A DNA stretch of 63,947 bases, counting the filler, from Choristocarpus tenellus KU-1152 (Eukaryota > Protista > Phaeophyceae), in assembly GCA_964200185.2 (NCBI GenBank). It is 11 parts of 11 records of this genome, joined end to end, with 100 filler letters (N's around TTAATTAATTAA, not from the genome) between each part and the next. Parts side by side here need not be neighbours in the genome. Positions count along the whole stretch, not along the records: positions 33,328 to 41,913 come from CAXNAD020004562.1; positions 42,014 to 44,652 come from CAXNAD020026053.1; positions 44,753 to 50,620 come from CAXNAD020009549.1; 8 more parts are not named here. One strand, 5' to 3'. The notes under the pieces are model-generated. The model saw nothing but the letters and a program-made list of their open reading frames with translations, was not told where the DNA came from and did not search any database. Below, one piece after another: positions 36,613 through 49,878 of this stretch. Every line of letters begins with the position of its first letter. The stretch's first letter is position 1. The translations under genes and the position numbers were made by a program.

Positions 36613-38434
36613 TACTTCATTTTATTGCATTATTTTTGTTAGGCAACATATTTTGCCGGCTTTGTGGAAGGGCATCCGTCAAGACCCAATGTTGGTATGA
36701 CCAATGCCGACCATTGAACTTTGGTTTTTTACTTGCTTGTGTGTGTTTGCTTGTGTGTGTTTGCTTGTGTGTGTTTGCTTGTGTGTGTTTGCCTGTTCTT
36801 ATTGTGCGTTGTTGTTGCTACTATTGTTATAATGCTCTTGTTGCAGACCTTTTATAGCACTTCAACGCATGATATTTGGTGCAGGAATTAGTTCAGATAG
36901 GCTTTGGATTTTTGACTTGTTTCTTTGACTATCCTTTTTTTTGGTGAGTGTAGTCATATGCAAATAGGTCTTACAATGTTTGCAGGGCACCAAGCAGCTA
37001 GGGTCCTTTCAATGTTGCGAAAATTGAGTTAAGAGACCAGTGGGTGGAGGTTCGTGGCTGGTTTGTTTCTTCCTGTAGATTCAGGACAACATATACCTAC
37101 ATATTTATTTTATAAAATTGATTGTACACAGTATAGGGATGGAGAGATGGGAGTATGGACAGTAACCCTTGTAAGACCAGATGGATCCATCAAATCAATG
37201 CAGGTGGTTAATATTTAGGTGGCTGTGGTTGACTTGTAACAATATATCTGAGCATGAACCTTCAGCCTCTATCTTCAGCCTCTATCTGCAGAGTAGTGGT
37301 TATTGCCAGGTGGATAAGGTGGACACAAGTAGGTCCCTAAGTGGTAGGCCCTACTATGACTTGTGTTCATCGCAGGTGAGACTGAAGTACTGGTTGCTCA
37401 TTATGGGAGCAGTAGGCTCTAGGAGGGTCAAGTCTGTTCCTATTCTGATACCATCAATCTAATGAAGTCAGATTCAGTGCATGGATTATCACTGATGACA
37501 TTTCTCATTGTGTACTACCATGTAGGGACCTAAACAAGGTGGTCCCAAACCCATACTTCTTGATGTACTTAAGTCTCTAAGTACTGGAGGAGGTGTCTCT
37601 TTTACTGAACAAGATGAGCTTTTATATGATAGCCTGTACAAACAATCCAACACAGATGACATATATATATATATATATATGCCTGCAAGCGACCCAAACT
37701 CAAGTAGCAACAAAAGTCACTGTGAGGAAAGTAAGCCTCTCACCAGGATTACAACATGTGAATATTGAAACCACCTTTTTGTAAACCAAGATCTATCAGT
37801 TAATCGACCTACTACAAGTCCCAACAATACTGTATGTATGGAAGTAACAAATTGATAACATTAATCAATCCATGTACATGCAAAAAAGAATTTTATCAAA
37901 AAAATCAGGTGGCTGTGAGGACGATCATTGGTCACAACGGCTAAGTTCCGTGACTTGAATAAAAATAAAAATTCAGACGGCATCATTCAAGGATGCCTGA
38001 CATACGTTTCATTTCACCTAGCTCTCTGGTATCTCAGTATCTTCCTTAGATCCATAGAGAGTAACAATACCCTCACAAGATGACCTCTATAAGATGCTGG
38101 CTTTCAATCAATGGTTCAAACTGCAAAAGAGAGACGTCACGTCCTGAGGTACTTCCACTCTCCATGTACAATGTGTTGGCATAGTTGGTACAGCAACAAG
38201 TGAACCATAGCCCACACATACTCTCTGAGTATCACACAAGAAGAGAAGACTAGCTAGCTGGCATTATCTATCCACCATTTTTTTTTTAAGCAGCCAGCTT
38301 CACACAACAAGCAGAACCTATGTGAGTAAAGACACAATAGAAGTAAAATTAACAAACACCTATACCCTTCAGTGCCTTTTCTGTTTTACTCTTGTCATCT
38401 GGACCACCATCACATCCTCTCATTACACCCAGTC

Positions 38435-38575
38435 AACGGATATTAATAACCACAACTCCTTTGATAACACGGATATTAATAACAACCACAAGTAACTCCT
38501 TTGATAACACGAAAAAATAAACTAACCAATCAATTAACTCCTTTGATAACACGAAAAAATAAACTAACCAATCAG
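38435..38575. repeat. Compound tandem duplication (core aactcctttgataacacg x3)
   Basis: Direct inspection. Confidence 0.85.
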
Positions 38576-39620
38576 CGCAAAGCTGTACAACAATTGATAT
38601 CTGTATTCCAGAACACAAATCAATCAACCCAACAGATTCTATACAACCGACTATTGCCTCAATGAACAACAGTCAGCAGAGTCAAAACCAGGTTACCTGC
38701 ACTCTCCTGCATTTGTTCTACCACAACCCACCACCCCCTTGTCACCTCATCCCTCTTTTTCCACAGTTGTATAACAGTCCCAAAAGGTTGATTGCAGAAA
38801 CATAACTTATTATTATTATTACTACATAATAAAAAAAGTAAAGAAACACATCGATCGGCAACATCTATACCAAAACCTCCTTCATGCCCACCCACTGCTT
38901 CCTTAAAACTTTGTTCACAATCTTCACAAATGCACAGAACCAAGAGACACCAAGACAACTAGCTCCACTTTGTGTTAATCACACGCTTTGCGTTAATCCC
39001 AAATTCCCAAACCCCTCCAGGACTTGGCTACAGGGCAGTTAGGGAGAGACCCTGGGGTCACTAGCAGGGAGAAGTCACTCATGCAACAGCCTTGACTACA
39101 ATGCTTTATATCCCTGTCCCAACAATATCAGCAAGGAATATCAGAACAACAAAGTCAATTGAAAAAGAACAAAGCAAAAGGAAAAGAGCCAGATTTTGTG
39201 GTATGGTAGATACAAAGTAGTCACCAAACTGTGGTGAAAACGAGCTATGTGAAAACGAGCTATGTGCTATCCATATCAATAAACCTTCACCTTGGTAACA
39301 ACAGAGTGCCGTATCCTTTATCAAACACGTGCAAGGTACACCTTAAAATGTCAAGCACCTTGCCTCCACAAAAAAATGACAAAAGGGTTTCCACTTCCTA
39401 TTTTCCAATTCTCCCTCTCATTCACCCATTTTGTCCTCCCCCTCCAATCCACCCCACAACATCACACATTTGTACAGAAGTAAAATGTCAACAATTTCAC
39501 TGTGTATGCCTATAATAATGCCTCCCAAAGGTTAATCGACCACCGTTTTCAGAGACAAGCCATCACCAGTAGGTGCATAGAAAGAGAGTGGAGAGGAGGG
39601 GGGAGGAAAGCGATGGCAAG

Positions 39621-41175
39621 CTAAAGGAAGTATGGAACAACTGTCTGCTGTTGTTGGGCATTGTAAGAGGAATCATCCACCTGCCAATACCACAGAGGAA
39701 AAAATAAAAATAAAAAACAATAAGGGAAATTGTAAGTTATGAGGAGGATGTAGTACAAGCGATCGGAAAGGGGGGTTTTCAGCTATTAACAGAAAAAATT
39801 AGAAAAAATAACCTTGAAAAGAAACAAATAGTGACCAGCTTCCACATTAAATACCTAGTAGTTTGTTCACATCACAATTACGGTGTGATGATTAATCCCT
39901 ATGTGAGCTGAGAGTCAAGCTAGGGAGGGGTCAACCCTGCATGTACTGGCCTGTCTGGCACATTGGAAAATGGTTGTGACAGGAACTGTTCCATGACCAT
40001 AAAGTTCATTCTACAGACTGGTCTAAGGGTCAGCCCCATTCCACAATCCTTGATAGGTCCTATCCAGAGATGTCATTTTGTTTTCATGGGCCAGTTTTCG
40101 GTCCTGTCTTGGTCCTGTCCTGTCCTTTCTAACTAGACCACTTTAGGGTTAGGGTTCTCAGACAAATCTATGGTCTAGTACCCGGATTGGACCACAGTCC
40201 AAAAAAAGCCCATTATATTGGGCTGACAGGCCTAAATTCATTTAAGGGTATATAGTCATAATTCATTGCCTAAGAGATGTACCAGTGGAATGTCTTTCAA
40301 AAAGGCTTCTGGTCGTAACAGGTTACATTTTTAAGACTTCAAGGTTGCACTTTTTTTGCCAAGCATGATAATAACATTTTCAACATCAATACCTAGCAGT
40401 TGTACCTGGTAGTACTACTCCATGCATCAATCAATTACAGCACGTACCACAGCACTTTGAAATACTTTGAAACACTTTGAAATACTTTGAAGTACTATAC
40501 TGTACTGATTGTTGTACCATATGAAGTGTGATTCGGGTATAGCATATAGATAGATAGAGCAGGGTTATCAGAGTGCAGAGCATTACCAGAATAACAAGTT
40601 GAAAAAAAAAAAATAGGAAGGTGGTCTCTCATGTCTCCTGGTACAGGAGGTAGGCCTTGAACCAATGTAACCCCCAAAAACTTCATATTTGCCCTGTGGA
40701 ACAACATCCCAATGCTTGCTGATCCAGTCTCCATAGCAGTCTTGTCCATAGTAATCTCGTCCAATACCAAAAAGAAGTTCCAGTTCAAAAAATAGGATAA
40801 CAAACAGGATAGCTGTGTGCTCTTGCGTCCCTATAGACCAACCCCTGTAGCCTCAAAAATGTTAAAAATAAATAAATAAATAACTTCACATACTCATAAG
40901 ACAGAGGAACCAACTTCATCTATGTACTTGGTTTGCAAGTCATCAAGAGACCCTCGCACTGAGATCTGCCTGTTGGCATGTCACTGAGATCTGCCTGTTT
41001 GCATGTCATCAAGAGACCCCCTCACCTCCTGGAAAAGCTTGAAGTCTCGATTGAGATGTTCGTCCAGTACCAGCATGGCTGCAACATTTCCACATCGATA
41101 GCAGTAGTTTGGAGCACTCCACACTGTGGCCACACTCTTAGATGGGAAATGATACTTGTACCCCTCCATCACCAG
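39621..41175 (-). CDS. PPP6C: Ser/Thr protein phosphatase of the PP2A family, most likely the PP6/Sit4 catalytic subunit, last two exons
   Basis: Exon 41175-41026 [50 protein letters not shown] plus exon 39680-39621 [30 protein letters not shown] and terminal YFL define the PP2A/4/6 family. KYHFP.K and PYFL (rather than DYFL) favour PP6. Confidence 0.85.
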
Positions 41176-41826
41176 CTGAAGGGGAACAAAACAAAATAAG
41201 AAACAAAACGAGCATACAAGCTAGGTTAATCACTTTGAGATCAAGTCAGAGTGCGTCCTTTGGCTCTTGTGGTATCACTCACCTCATTAAGAACGCCTGG
41301 TTATGGATGTAGTATGTAGTATGTATCTCCAAGGGAAACTTAATATAGTCCAGAGTGGATGATTACATACATTCCATATATTGTGCATCAATTCAAGGTT
41401 TACGTTGAGGGTATCAAACTCTACCTACTTAAAAGTTGCACAAAACAAGCAATTTCCATATCCAGTCCAACCTGAAAATATATTTATTGTCCATCCAACT
41501 TCCCAATGCAATGCAACGCAACGCAACTTCACAGCACTTGAAAAAAATATTAATATTTTCAATCCTGGACAGACCAACTCCTTAGCGCCAGGGAAACATT
41601 CCACACACCTGACAAGCTAGCTGCCCATTGGTATCTATCACAGCTCTAGAGCTAATCCTGAATCAAGACCTTTGGGAGGATTTAGCTTGTACTATTTCTG
41701 GTTAAGAAACACACCAACTGGGTTAAGAACACATCAACTGAAAAATATATATAAAAAGGCATCATAGCAGTGCATAGTTCCTCATCCAGCACTGGCAAGG
41801 GTCTCACCAAAACCATTTATACTCCA

Positions 41827-41886
<60 letters not shown>

Positions 41887-41913
41887 CGTGCGAGGGGGGC
41901 GTGGGGGTGTTGG

Positions 41914-42013
41914 NNNNNNNNNNNNNNNNNNNNNNNNNNNNNNNNNNNNNNNNNNNNTTAATTAATTAANNNNNNNNNNNNNNNNNNNNNNNNNNNNNNN
42001 NNNNNNNNNNNNN
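41914..42013. other. Artificial contig spacer
   Basis: Same pattern. Confidence 0.99.
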
Positions 42014-43888
42014 TTTTTTTGATGAGGCCGCGCCCACACAGTCCACCCCCCCTCCCCTCCCCGCCGCTCCGCCGGGGGGGGGGGGGGGGGGGGGAACTAA
42101 CTTTAACTTACTTACATGAGGGGACAACCCCTTGGAGACTTGTCTCCTCCCTTGGAAGAGAGACCTCACTGGAACCGGTTTGCTTACCCTAACCCTAGTC
42201 CTATCCGTTAGGATTGATGCGATAGTGTGGAGGCATTGGGGATATTTGTGCATATTTATTATAATTATCTCCCTTTTTTAGCTTGTTAGAAATAACTCTT
42301 CCTATATATATATTTATATATATTTGAGCTGCCCGTTTTCTAGTTTAGTTTTGATTTTTTTGGAGGCTCTGAAGGGTCAGACCCCCTCAGTCAAAATTTT
42401 TGTCACCAAAAAGACTGGTTAAATAATCTTGGTAGGGTAGGAAAAGGGTTAGAATACCCCGCAAGTCTTGTTTTTTTTCAGTGATGTTGATTTTTTAATT
42501 ATTTACTGTTTTAGAAAATGAACATTGATGATTAAATATTAAAAAAAAAATAGAACGGTTATTACGATTACAATTTGATGTAATGACAGCATTTTTTTTA
42601 TATACCATTTTTTTTTTTACTTTTTCTGGACAAAGGGTTGGTACGGCATTCACATCTTAAGATACTCACATCTCACGATACTTACATCTCACAGCATACA
42701 TATTGTTGTGCTAGTGGAGATACATTTATGTATGTGTGTGTGTGTTTGTGTATGCATATGTGTATGTATATATGTACACACAAGTGAGGTTGTGGTTCAG
42801 TTAGCAGAACCATTATGACAACAGAGGAGAAACCGTCCATGGCATATTGGTTCTTAGCTCTTACCGTTCTCAATAGGCCTCATACTGCCATACCAACCTG
42901 GTTATACCTTGGGGGCATTTTGTCGGGAGTCTCTTTCGAGGAAAGGAATTAGGGTTCTGCTTTTACTGTTCCATATATGGTTTTATATCAGAAGCATGCT
43001 TACTCTCACCTGTATTGGAAGGCATTTTGGTGCCGTCTGAATTTCGAGGGGAGAAGAAGTGTTTTTTTTGTTTGTTGTGTTTCATGTTTTTTTTCCGTGG
43101 CAGGCGTTGTTAGGGTTTCACACAGGTCATTCGTAGTTGCGTTCTCATCCTTTAGATACCAGAACTGGGTGAGGGAGGGGGGGGATGATAGTGAATGAAG
43201 AGGGGATGGTTTGAGATGGCCTTGGTGAGGAAGGGCTGTGACACTGACTGACTGAATGAAGCGTGTGATTGGATTCGACCAATCAGAAGAGAGAGAGAGA
43301 GAGAGAGAGAGAGCGATGATCCCAGGGGAGTTGTCGGTTATTTTTTATGGATGGTGTTCGGGTGTGTTGTGATGCGTGTGGTAGACAATAGAAGGTTTAG
43401 GGTTAAGAGTTAGGGGGGATTAGGTTTGGCGTGTGAAAAAATGAAAAAAAAAAGGGGGGTCCTGATCTCTTTTTTTTTCTTCTAATGTATCATCTAATGC
43501 ACTTGGCAAGCGCAACGGAAATATATAATACATAACATATAATAATGTATATATAGTACATAATATATAATATATGTACATGTCCTGTCTGTGACCGTCC
43601 CCCTGTCTGTTGGTACTGCACAAAGTAAGAACAGCAAAAAAAAATGCCTGACCAATGTCAAGACAGAAACTCTGACAGTGGGGGGGCAGGGGCGGGTGTG
43701 GGGACGAAGCAAGACTCAAAATACTCGAATGGGCCTTAGTCCATCGACAACCCACTCCTCTGTGATATGTCGGCCCTTGGTCGGGGTAGATGTTGAAGTT
43801 CTTACTACACCGCTGACTGAGCTGCCTGCCACCCGCCCTGCTTAGCTCACCTGAGTGGTGTCTCTTATTATTAAAGACGACGAGGTGT

Positions 43889-43982
43889 GTTCAGTGAGGT
43901 AGTTAAAGTGTAGTCCCACCTGAGGTTGTTGAGTCTCACCCGGTTCTGAGTTCGAATCTCGCCTGAACGAGTATTTTTTTTT
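43889..43982 (+). repeat. tRNA-like sequence (SINE head or tRNA pseudogene) with B-box and oligo-T
   Basis: GTTCAG..CTGAAC could pair as an acceptor stem. T-arm-like GAG-TTCGAAT-CTC, followed by a T run. No clean D or anticodon arms. Confidence 0.5.
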
Positions 43983-44321
43983 CAAGAATGGTTGAGTGAT
44001 GGGCAGGCGGTAGGGCGAGTGTGACTGTGGGATCGGCTCGTGGGTTGAAGGAGAACAGGCGGGGAGACTGACTCTGGATAGGAAATGTTGTTTATGGAGG
44101 GATTTATGAAGCCCTTGTATCGTCCCTGAATAACTTCAGGAGGGCATGACATTCACCGAGCTCCACACGATGTCGCTCTGCCGGGAGGGAGACTAGATGT
44201 GTGTGTTTTGCACAACGATGGGAGGCGGTTTTCCTTTTGTTTTCAGTCTTTCGAATTGTCAACGTTGGAAAATATTTTAGATATTAAGCTCCCACATTTT
44301 CCACAAAAAGAGATGGCGTTT

Positions 44322-44552
44322 GAGTGGGAAGTATCTTGGAGGGTACGAGTTCTTGCACTGCTTGTCCGTTGGCTTCCCATGTTTGTTTTTTTTAACGACA
44401 TTTTCCTACTTCGAAATGTTTCGGAATATCGGAGTAGTTGGTAAAAACGTCTTCGTCATGAAGAGGTGTGTCCAGAATAAGGATATCGACACTTTTCCTA
44501 ACCAGTCACGATAGTCAAAATTACATCAAAATCGCAACATTGGATTTTGACC
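44322..44552. mobile_element. MITE subtype B copy, running into poly-C near the contig end
   Basis: gagtgggaagtatcttggagggtacg..caaaattacatcaaaatcgcaacattggatttt is shared with the 52159 copy. Confidence 0.78.
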
Positions 44553-44652
44553 CCCCCCCCCCCCCCCCCCCCCCCCCCCACCCCCCCCCCCCCCCCCCCC
44601 CGTGGACGACCCGGCGTGGGGGGCGGTGGGCGGGCGTGCCGCCAGAGAGAAA

Positions 44653-44752
44653 NNNNNNNNNNNNNNNNNNNNNNNNNNNNNNNNNNNNNNNNNNNNTTAA
44701 TTAATTAANNNNNNNNNNNNNNNNNNNNNNNNNNNNNNNNNNNNNNNNNNNN
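44653..44752. other. Artificial contig spacer
   Basis: Same pattern. Confidence 0.99.
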
Positions 44753-44934
44753 GAGGTCAAGTTACGGTGGGGTAGATGTCTTCTAGCTCAAAGGCACGGT
44801 TTGAAGTGGACCATGAAGGGGTGTTCTTGGATGATTGTGGAGTGGTGTTGAGTGGTGTTGAGTGGTGTGAGAACTGCTTGTGCGGGTTGAAAGGATGGCT
44901 GGCAATCAGTGGCAAAGGGCATTTGCACTAACAT

Positions 44935-45069
44935 CAGATTTCAAAAATTGAGGATGGAGCTTTTCATTGAGGATGGGCTTGACCCAAAATTGACTGGGAG
45001 AAAATGTCGATATGTTTTTTTTTGTGCCCATCCTCAATGAAAAGCTCCATCCTCAATTTTTGAAATCTG
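44935..45069. repeat. Perfect 44-bp inverted repeat with 47-bp spacer; direct near-copy of left arm plus spacer at ~45353-45425
   Basis: 44935-44978 cagatttcaaaaattgaggatggagcttttcattgaggatgggc is the exact reverse complement of 45026-45069. Confidence 0.92.
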
Positions 45070-45879
45070 CTCTTCACTGGTTGGTCATCAAATGTGGGGA
45101 TGGCTGGCCATCATTGACGAAGGGCAGCCGCAATGGTTGGCCATCAAATGGGGAATAGAGAATAGAGGAATGGCAAATTAGGAATGAGCAAATAATAATA
45201 TTAATCCAGAATTCGTGAGCAAAACAAAGCGCATACTTCATTGATCTTGTACGTTTCCAATGTTCAGAAACCATAAGGTCGAAAAAAAAATGTCACCCTC
45301 CAATTTTTTGAGATACAAAATCTGAAATTGTTGGACATACAACAGCCGATTAAAAAAATTGAGGATGGAGCTTTACATTGAGGATGGGCTTGACCCAAAA
45401 TTGACTGGGATAAAGTGTCGATATATTTGGGAATATATGTAACCCAGATAGATGTGAACAAAGGAATTGGCCAGTGTCCTGTTTTGCTATTATTGCATTT
45501 AATATTCCAGCAAAATAGCATAATCTCTTGTGATTGGTGATAATGATGATGGTCTCATTGATGGATGCTGAGTTCAGCACAAGTAGAAACCCAAGAACCC
45601 CCTGCAGCTAGTTGGCGACTCACCCTCGATCACGCACAATCTACAAGTTAATTTTGTTGTCTACAGGGATATTGCCAGCATATTGGAATGTCCTTGTTTG
45701 GCCATGACTACTAATACATAATAATACCGTCAGTATATATTTGCGTAAGAAAGCACTTTGTAGGTGAGCCTTCTTGATGAAATAATATTGATTCAAGGAA
45801 AATAATCATGATAGTGATGGATAATGCCAGCCATTACTGGGAGGTGGGAGGATGCGTGGGCAAGAAAAGAAATCCAGTA

Positions 45880-45930
<51 letters not shown>

Positions 45931-45935
45931 CAATC
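45880..45935. repeat. (GGCA)n microsatellite
   Basis: Direct inspection. Confidence 0.95.
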
Positions 45936-46702
45936 AGGCAAGCAAGCAAGAAGCAAATGCTGCTCAGCGAAAAGGTCTACGCCTGAACTTATTGAGTTGC
46001 TACACCCACGTATATTGTGCCCTTTCCTCACTAGCACACCTGCCATCTGTCATGCTATGTGCGACTATCCATATGAAGCCACGCGTTTTTTGCTCAAGAG
46101 AGGATAAATAATAACTGCCTCAAGACTTGTAAAGAGGAAGGCATTGCGATTTTATACGATCATTAATATTTTTTCACTACATGCCCAGTGCTAGTTTGGA
46201 GATATTATGGGGGAAGGAAGAACACAGAAGAGAAAAAAAACACACACACAATAGTCAGTCTGTACTCCTCACAACTCGCAACAAAGGCCTACCTATACGG
46301 CCAGCCTACAATCAATCGCTTTTCAGTATGTACATAACGAATGGAGATGCAATGTAGCTATAATTGAAGACTACTGGGACCATGAGCCCTAAAACTAGAA
46401 TATACATCTCTTGTGGCACTTCAGTCTTTAGATAGCGGCTTGCCATGTATCCACCCACTTCAGCTGGGTGTTGAGCAGGAAGATGAGATGCTGCACATTT
46501 CAGGGCTGCGCTTGTTCTTTTTTGGGTCACGCAACTTTAAGCCTGATGTTGAGGATGTGCACTCCAAGTTTGCTCGCCTGTGCCGAAGGAATGATGGTCA
46601 AAACACGGCAGGAACAGTTGGCCAAGCATAGATGAGTCGAAGCCTTTTCCCTCCACCACCTGAGCGGCTCATTGAAGACCTGATGACTGCATGTAGTACC
46701 CA

Positions 46703-49700
46703 TCAGGGGCAGGGGGGGGGAAGATTGAACACGCGCTCTAGAACTTTGACATTGCCTCGCCATTCAAACACCCACCCACGTCCATCCCTCAGCCGAACGT
46801 ATATCTCCTCCTCCCCAATCCTTGCCATCCGTTCACTTGCCCAGATGCCCTGGACACACATGTGCCATCATTAATTGATGGGGGTAAGGTGATTGGGAGT
46901 GGAGTAGAGTGGGGAGGGGAGAAGAGTGAGCAACTAACTTGTTATGGGGCTTGCCCTGGCTGCAACCCAGCCTTCAATATCCAGATGTCTGTCATTGACA
47001 TTATCTAGTGTTTCATTGATTGTGGTACCTGGTCAATTTGCATTACTTTTGGACATGTGAGCACCCAAACAAAACAGCACTCATCTAGTACAATTGGCTG
47101 TAGCATGCCGCTCGTGGGGCTTTGTAAGGGCCAGATACATTTAAGAAAAAGGATTGACGCAACACAATCATTGCACACATTAACAGCCCACTGAATGTTA
47201 TCTTTGTGCCAAAAGCACAGTTCACTCCCACCCTACAATGTAAGTGATCTGAAACAGCAACCATGGCAGTTATTCATAGCAAAACTAGCCACTCCAACAA
47301 ATATCATCAATGAGGTTGGGACTGTGACGCAGGGTGTAGAACAGCCTCCAGTACGAAACTGTTCCCATAACTACATGGAGCCCTTCCTCACCTCACCCCA
47401 CTCCAACACCTCCCCCACAGACGGTGCAGCCACATCTGGTCTTGACCTGATGGCCACCCCACCCTTGTAACAAACCTTGTACGCAAGGTCGCCCTGTGTT
47501 TGTTTATTGAGTGAGGCCATGTGCATTGGTTCCACACCGCAGGGTAAGGTGTGAGCAGGGCAAAGCAGGAACACAACTGTGAACAGTGAACTGCAAAAGT
47601 GCATTACCACCTTGTTGCCAGTTGTCGGTGGTCAATTGGTATTTCTTTCCATAGCACAAGGACCGCTCCTCCCAGTCCAACAGACCAACATTCCTTCAAG
47701 CTCCTATAATTGCTGTACCATACCAAGGGCTTAGGGTTAGGGTCAACCACCCTGTCTGTTGGAACACCTAAGCCAACTTGCTGATATACACGAGTTGAAA
47801 TTGAGGCCAAAAGTGTAGAGGCTGCCAACAGGGTACGATCGGCTTACTTACTCACTCACTCACTCACTGAGCTTTACAACACTGATCAATGCTGGTCCCT
47901 GACAGATCAAAGGGGACATAGTTCCTTGGCATGAAGTATACCATAGTAGTCTCCACTCAGGCACAATTTTGCAATGAGTGTAAGACTGTACCTCTGTAGA
48001 GGGTCAAGAGGTCAAGAAAGCTATGGCGATAAGGTTCAAACAGTGCCTTGTTCTGCCAGCATCAAAAACACAATTGCTGCATATACATAGGAGGTCCAAA
48101 AGGCCACAGAGGACACAAAACACAGCCATGGTCACATTACACAACAATACATCATGTATCTATGCACCTATGCTTTCACCAAATTTGGATGGTCTTATTT
48201 CTACCCCTCCCAGAAAAACTCTGCACCCCAATCTCTATTGATAACTGCACCCAAACAATGTTTATGAACCCAATCATGACGCTTAACATTACTTTACAGG
48301 ACTGTAAGACTAACGTACTCTATACTGCACTGTCACGACAAGAGAAAAAAATCAAGAACCAAAAACAAAAGAAAAAATCAAGAAAAAAAATTACACCAGC
48401 CCTCCAAACACAAGGGGCAAGTGGGAAGCGCTACGCTTGGGAATGCTGTATCTTTCAAACGCACACAGACACACAGACACACAGACACACTCATTCACCT
48501 GTTCTCGGAACGGATCTTTGCCTTCCATCTCCTCTTCCCTGCTTGACCTCTGTGATTGGTGCATATTCTCAAGATTGAATGGAGAATGAGAGTGGGGCAA
48601 GGATTGGCGCAATTCAGCACTCTGGCGCTGGAGAGCCTCCACCTGCAAAGCGAGAGATATCTGAAGGGGTGCGACATACAAAAAGAATCCATGCATGGGG
48701 CAAGGGTGGGAGGTGGTAACTGGTTGGAGCGTTAGGGGGGGTGTTACTGGAAAGCACAGGGAGGAGGATGAAGTAGGTTGGAAAATAAGGTGGTGTGAGG
48801 GCAGGAATGGGATGCGTAACAAAAATAAAGCCATACGAGAGATGGCCGGACAACTAGAAACAAATTCATTAAAAAAAATAAATATCATGAGGGTACCAAG
48901 GGGATGGGGGTAGGTGAGGAGAAACACGATGCGATCTGAAGGGGGAAGGGTCAAACCATTCTTGAGAAAATGAACAACTGCATTGCTGCCTGGCCACCTC
49001 GTAACAATGCAGTTGGGGGTTCTATTCACTTTCAGTGCAAGCATCCTCAAGCAGTGCTCCGATATTGAACAGCTCCCAGCTGAGGCAAGCGATGGTGTCA
49101 CCCTGCCACATGCTTCCATTTCAGCAGTACCCCCATAACCCTAACCATGTACTATATACAGTAGTACTCTCTATGTGTACAAATCCCCGAATTGTGGGTG
49201 CGGTTCGACCAAAAGATACTCACTCAAAAGATCACTCTGAATGCAAAGAAGGAACTTTTTGCGAATCAACCTGCAGTGGAGAGAGGGAAGGTTTTGAAGG
49301 GGGGTAGAGTAGAGTTCTCAATCTGGAGGCAACGCATTTTAGCTCTCACCCAGGACAACCCAACGTCTTGCATAGTGCATGGCGCAACTATAGGCGTTGT
49401 TGCTGATAGAGACACCCCAGAAAATAGAATTCTCTGGACAATAGATGCCATCAAGCGAATGACTGCAGACTCTTTACTGCACAAGGGGTGGGAACAAGCA
49501 AAATGTGTTGGACCACTTGCCAAACAATAAGTTTTACAGACAACATGACACACTTGCGATTCCCTCGACAATTAAGAACATAACTCATACGGAGCTTATG
49601 ACCCCAGCGTCATGCAAGCCCCACATACCCCAGAGACCAAATGACTCGAAAGCATTTGTTGGACAACAGGCATTGCATGCACAAATGGCACTGAGCATTT

Positions 49701-49847
49701 ACTCGCTGGACAAAAGGGCACTATCGCCGAACAAATATTTTTCATTTTTTTTCCACAAGTCTTTTTCACTTTTTATTCCAGTATAGGTTTCTCTGCTGTA
49801 CAACCTCTGACCCAGGGTTGAGAAGACCAAATAGATGTATGAAATAA

Positions 49848-49878
<31 letters not shown>

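Noticed and set aside
41770-42253. Poly-Pro/poly-Gly ORFs (also 44468-44704 and 61116-61450)
   Set aside because: They arise from C/G homopolymers in low-quality sequence beside gaps.
43889-43970. Functional tRNA gene
   Set aside because: D-arm and anticodon arm cannot be folded convincingly, so it is kept only as a tRNA-like repeat.
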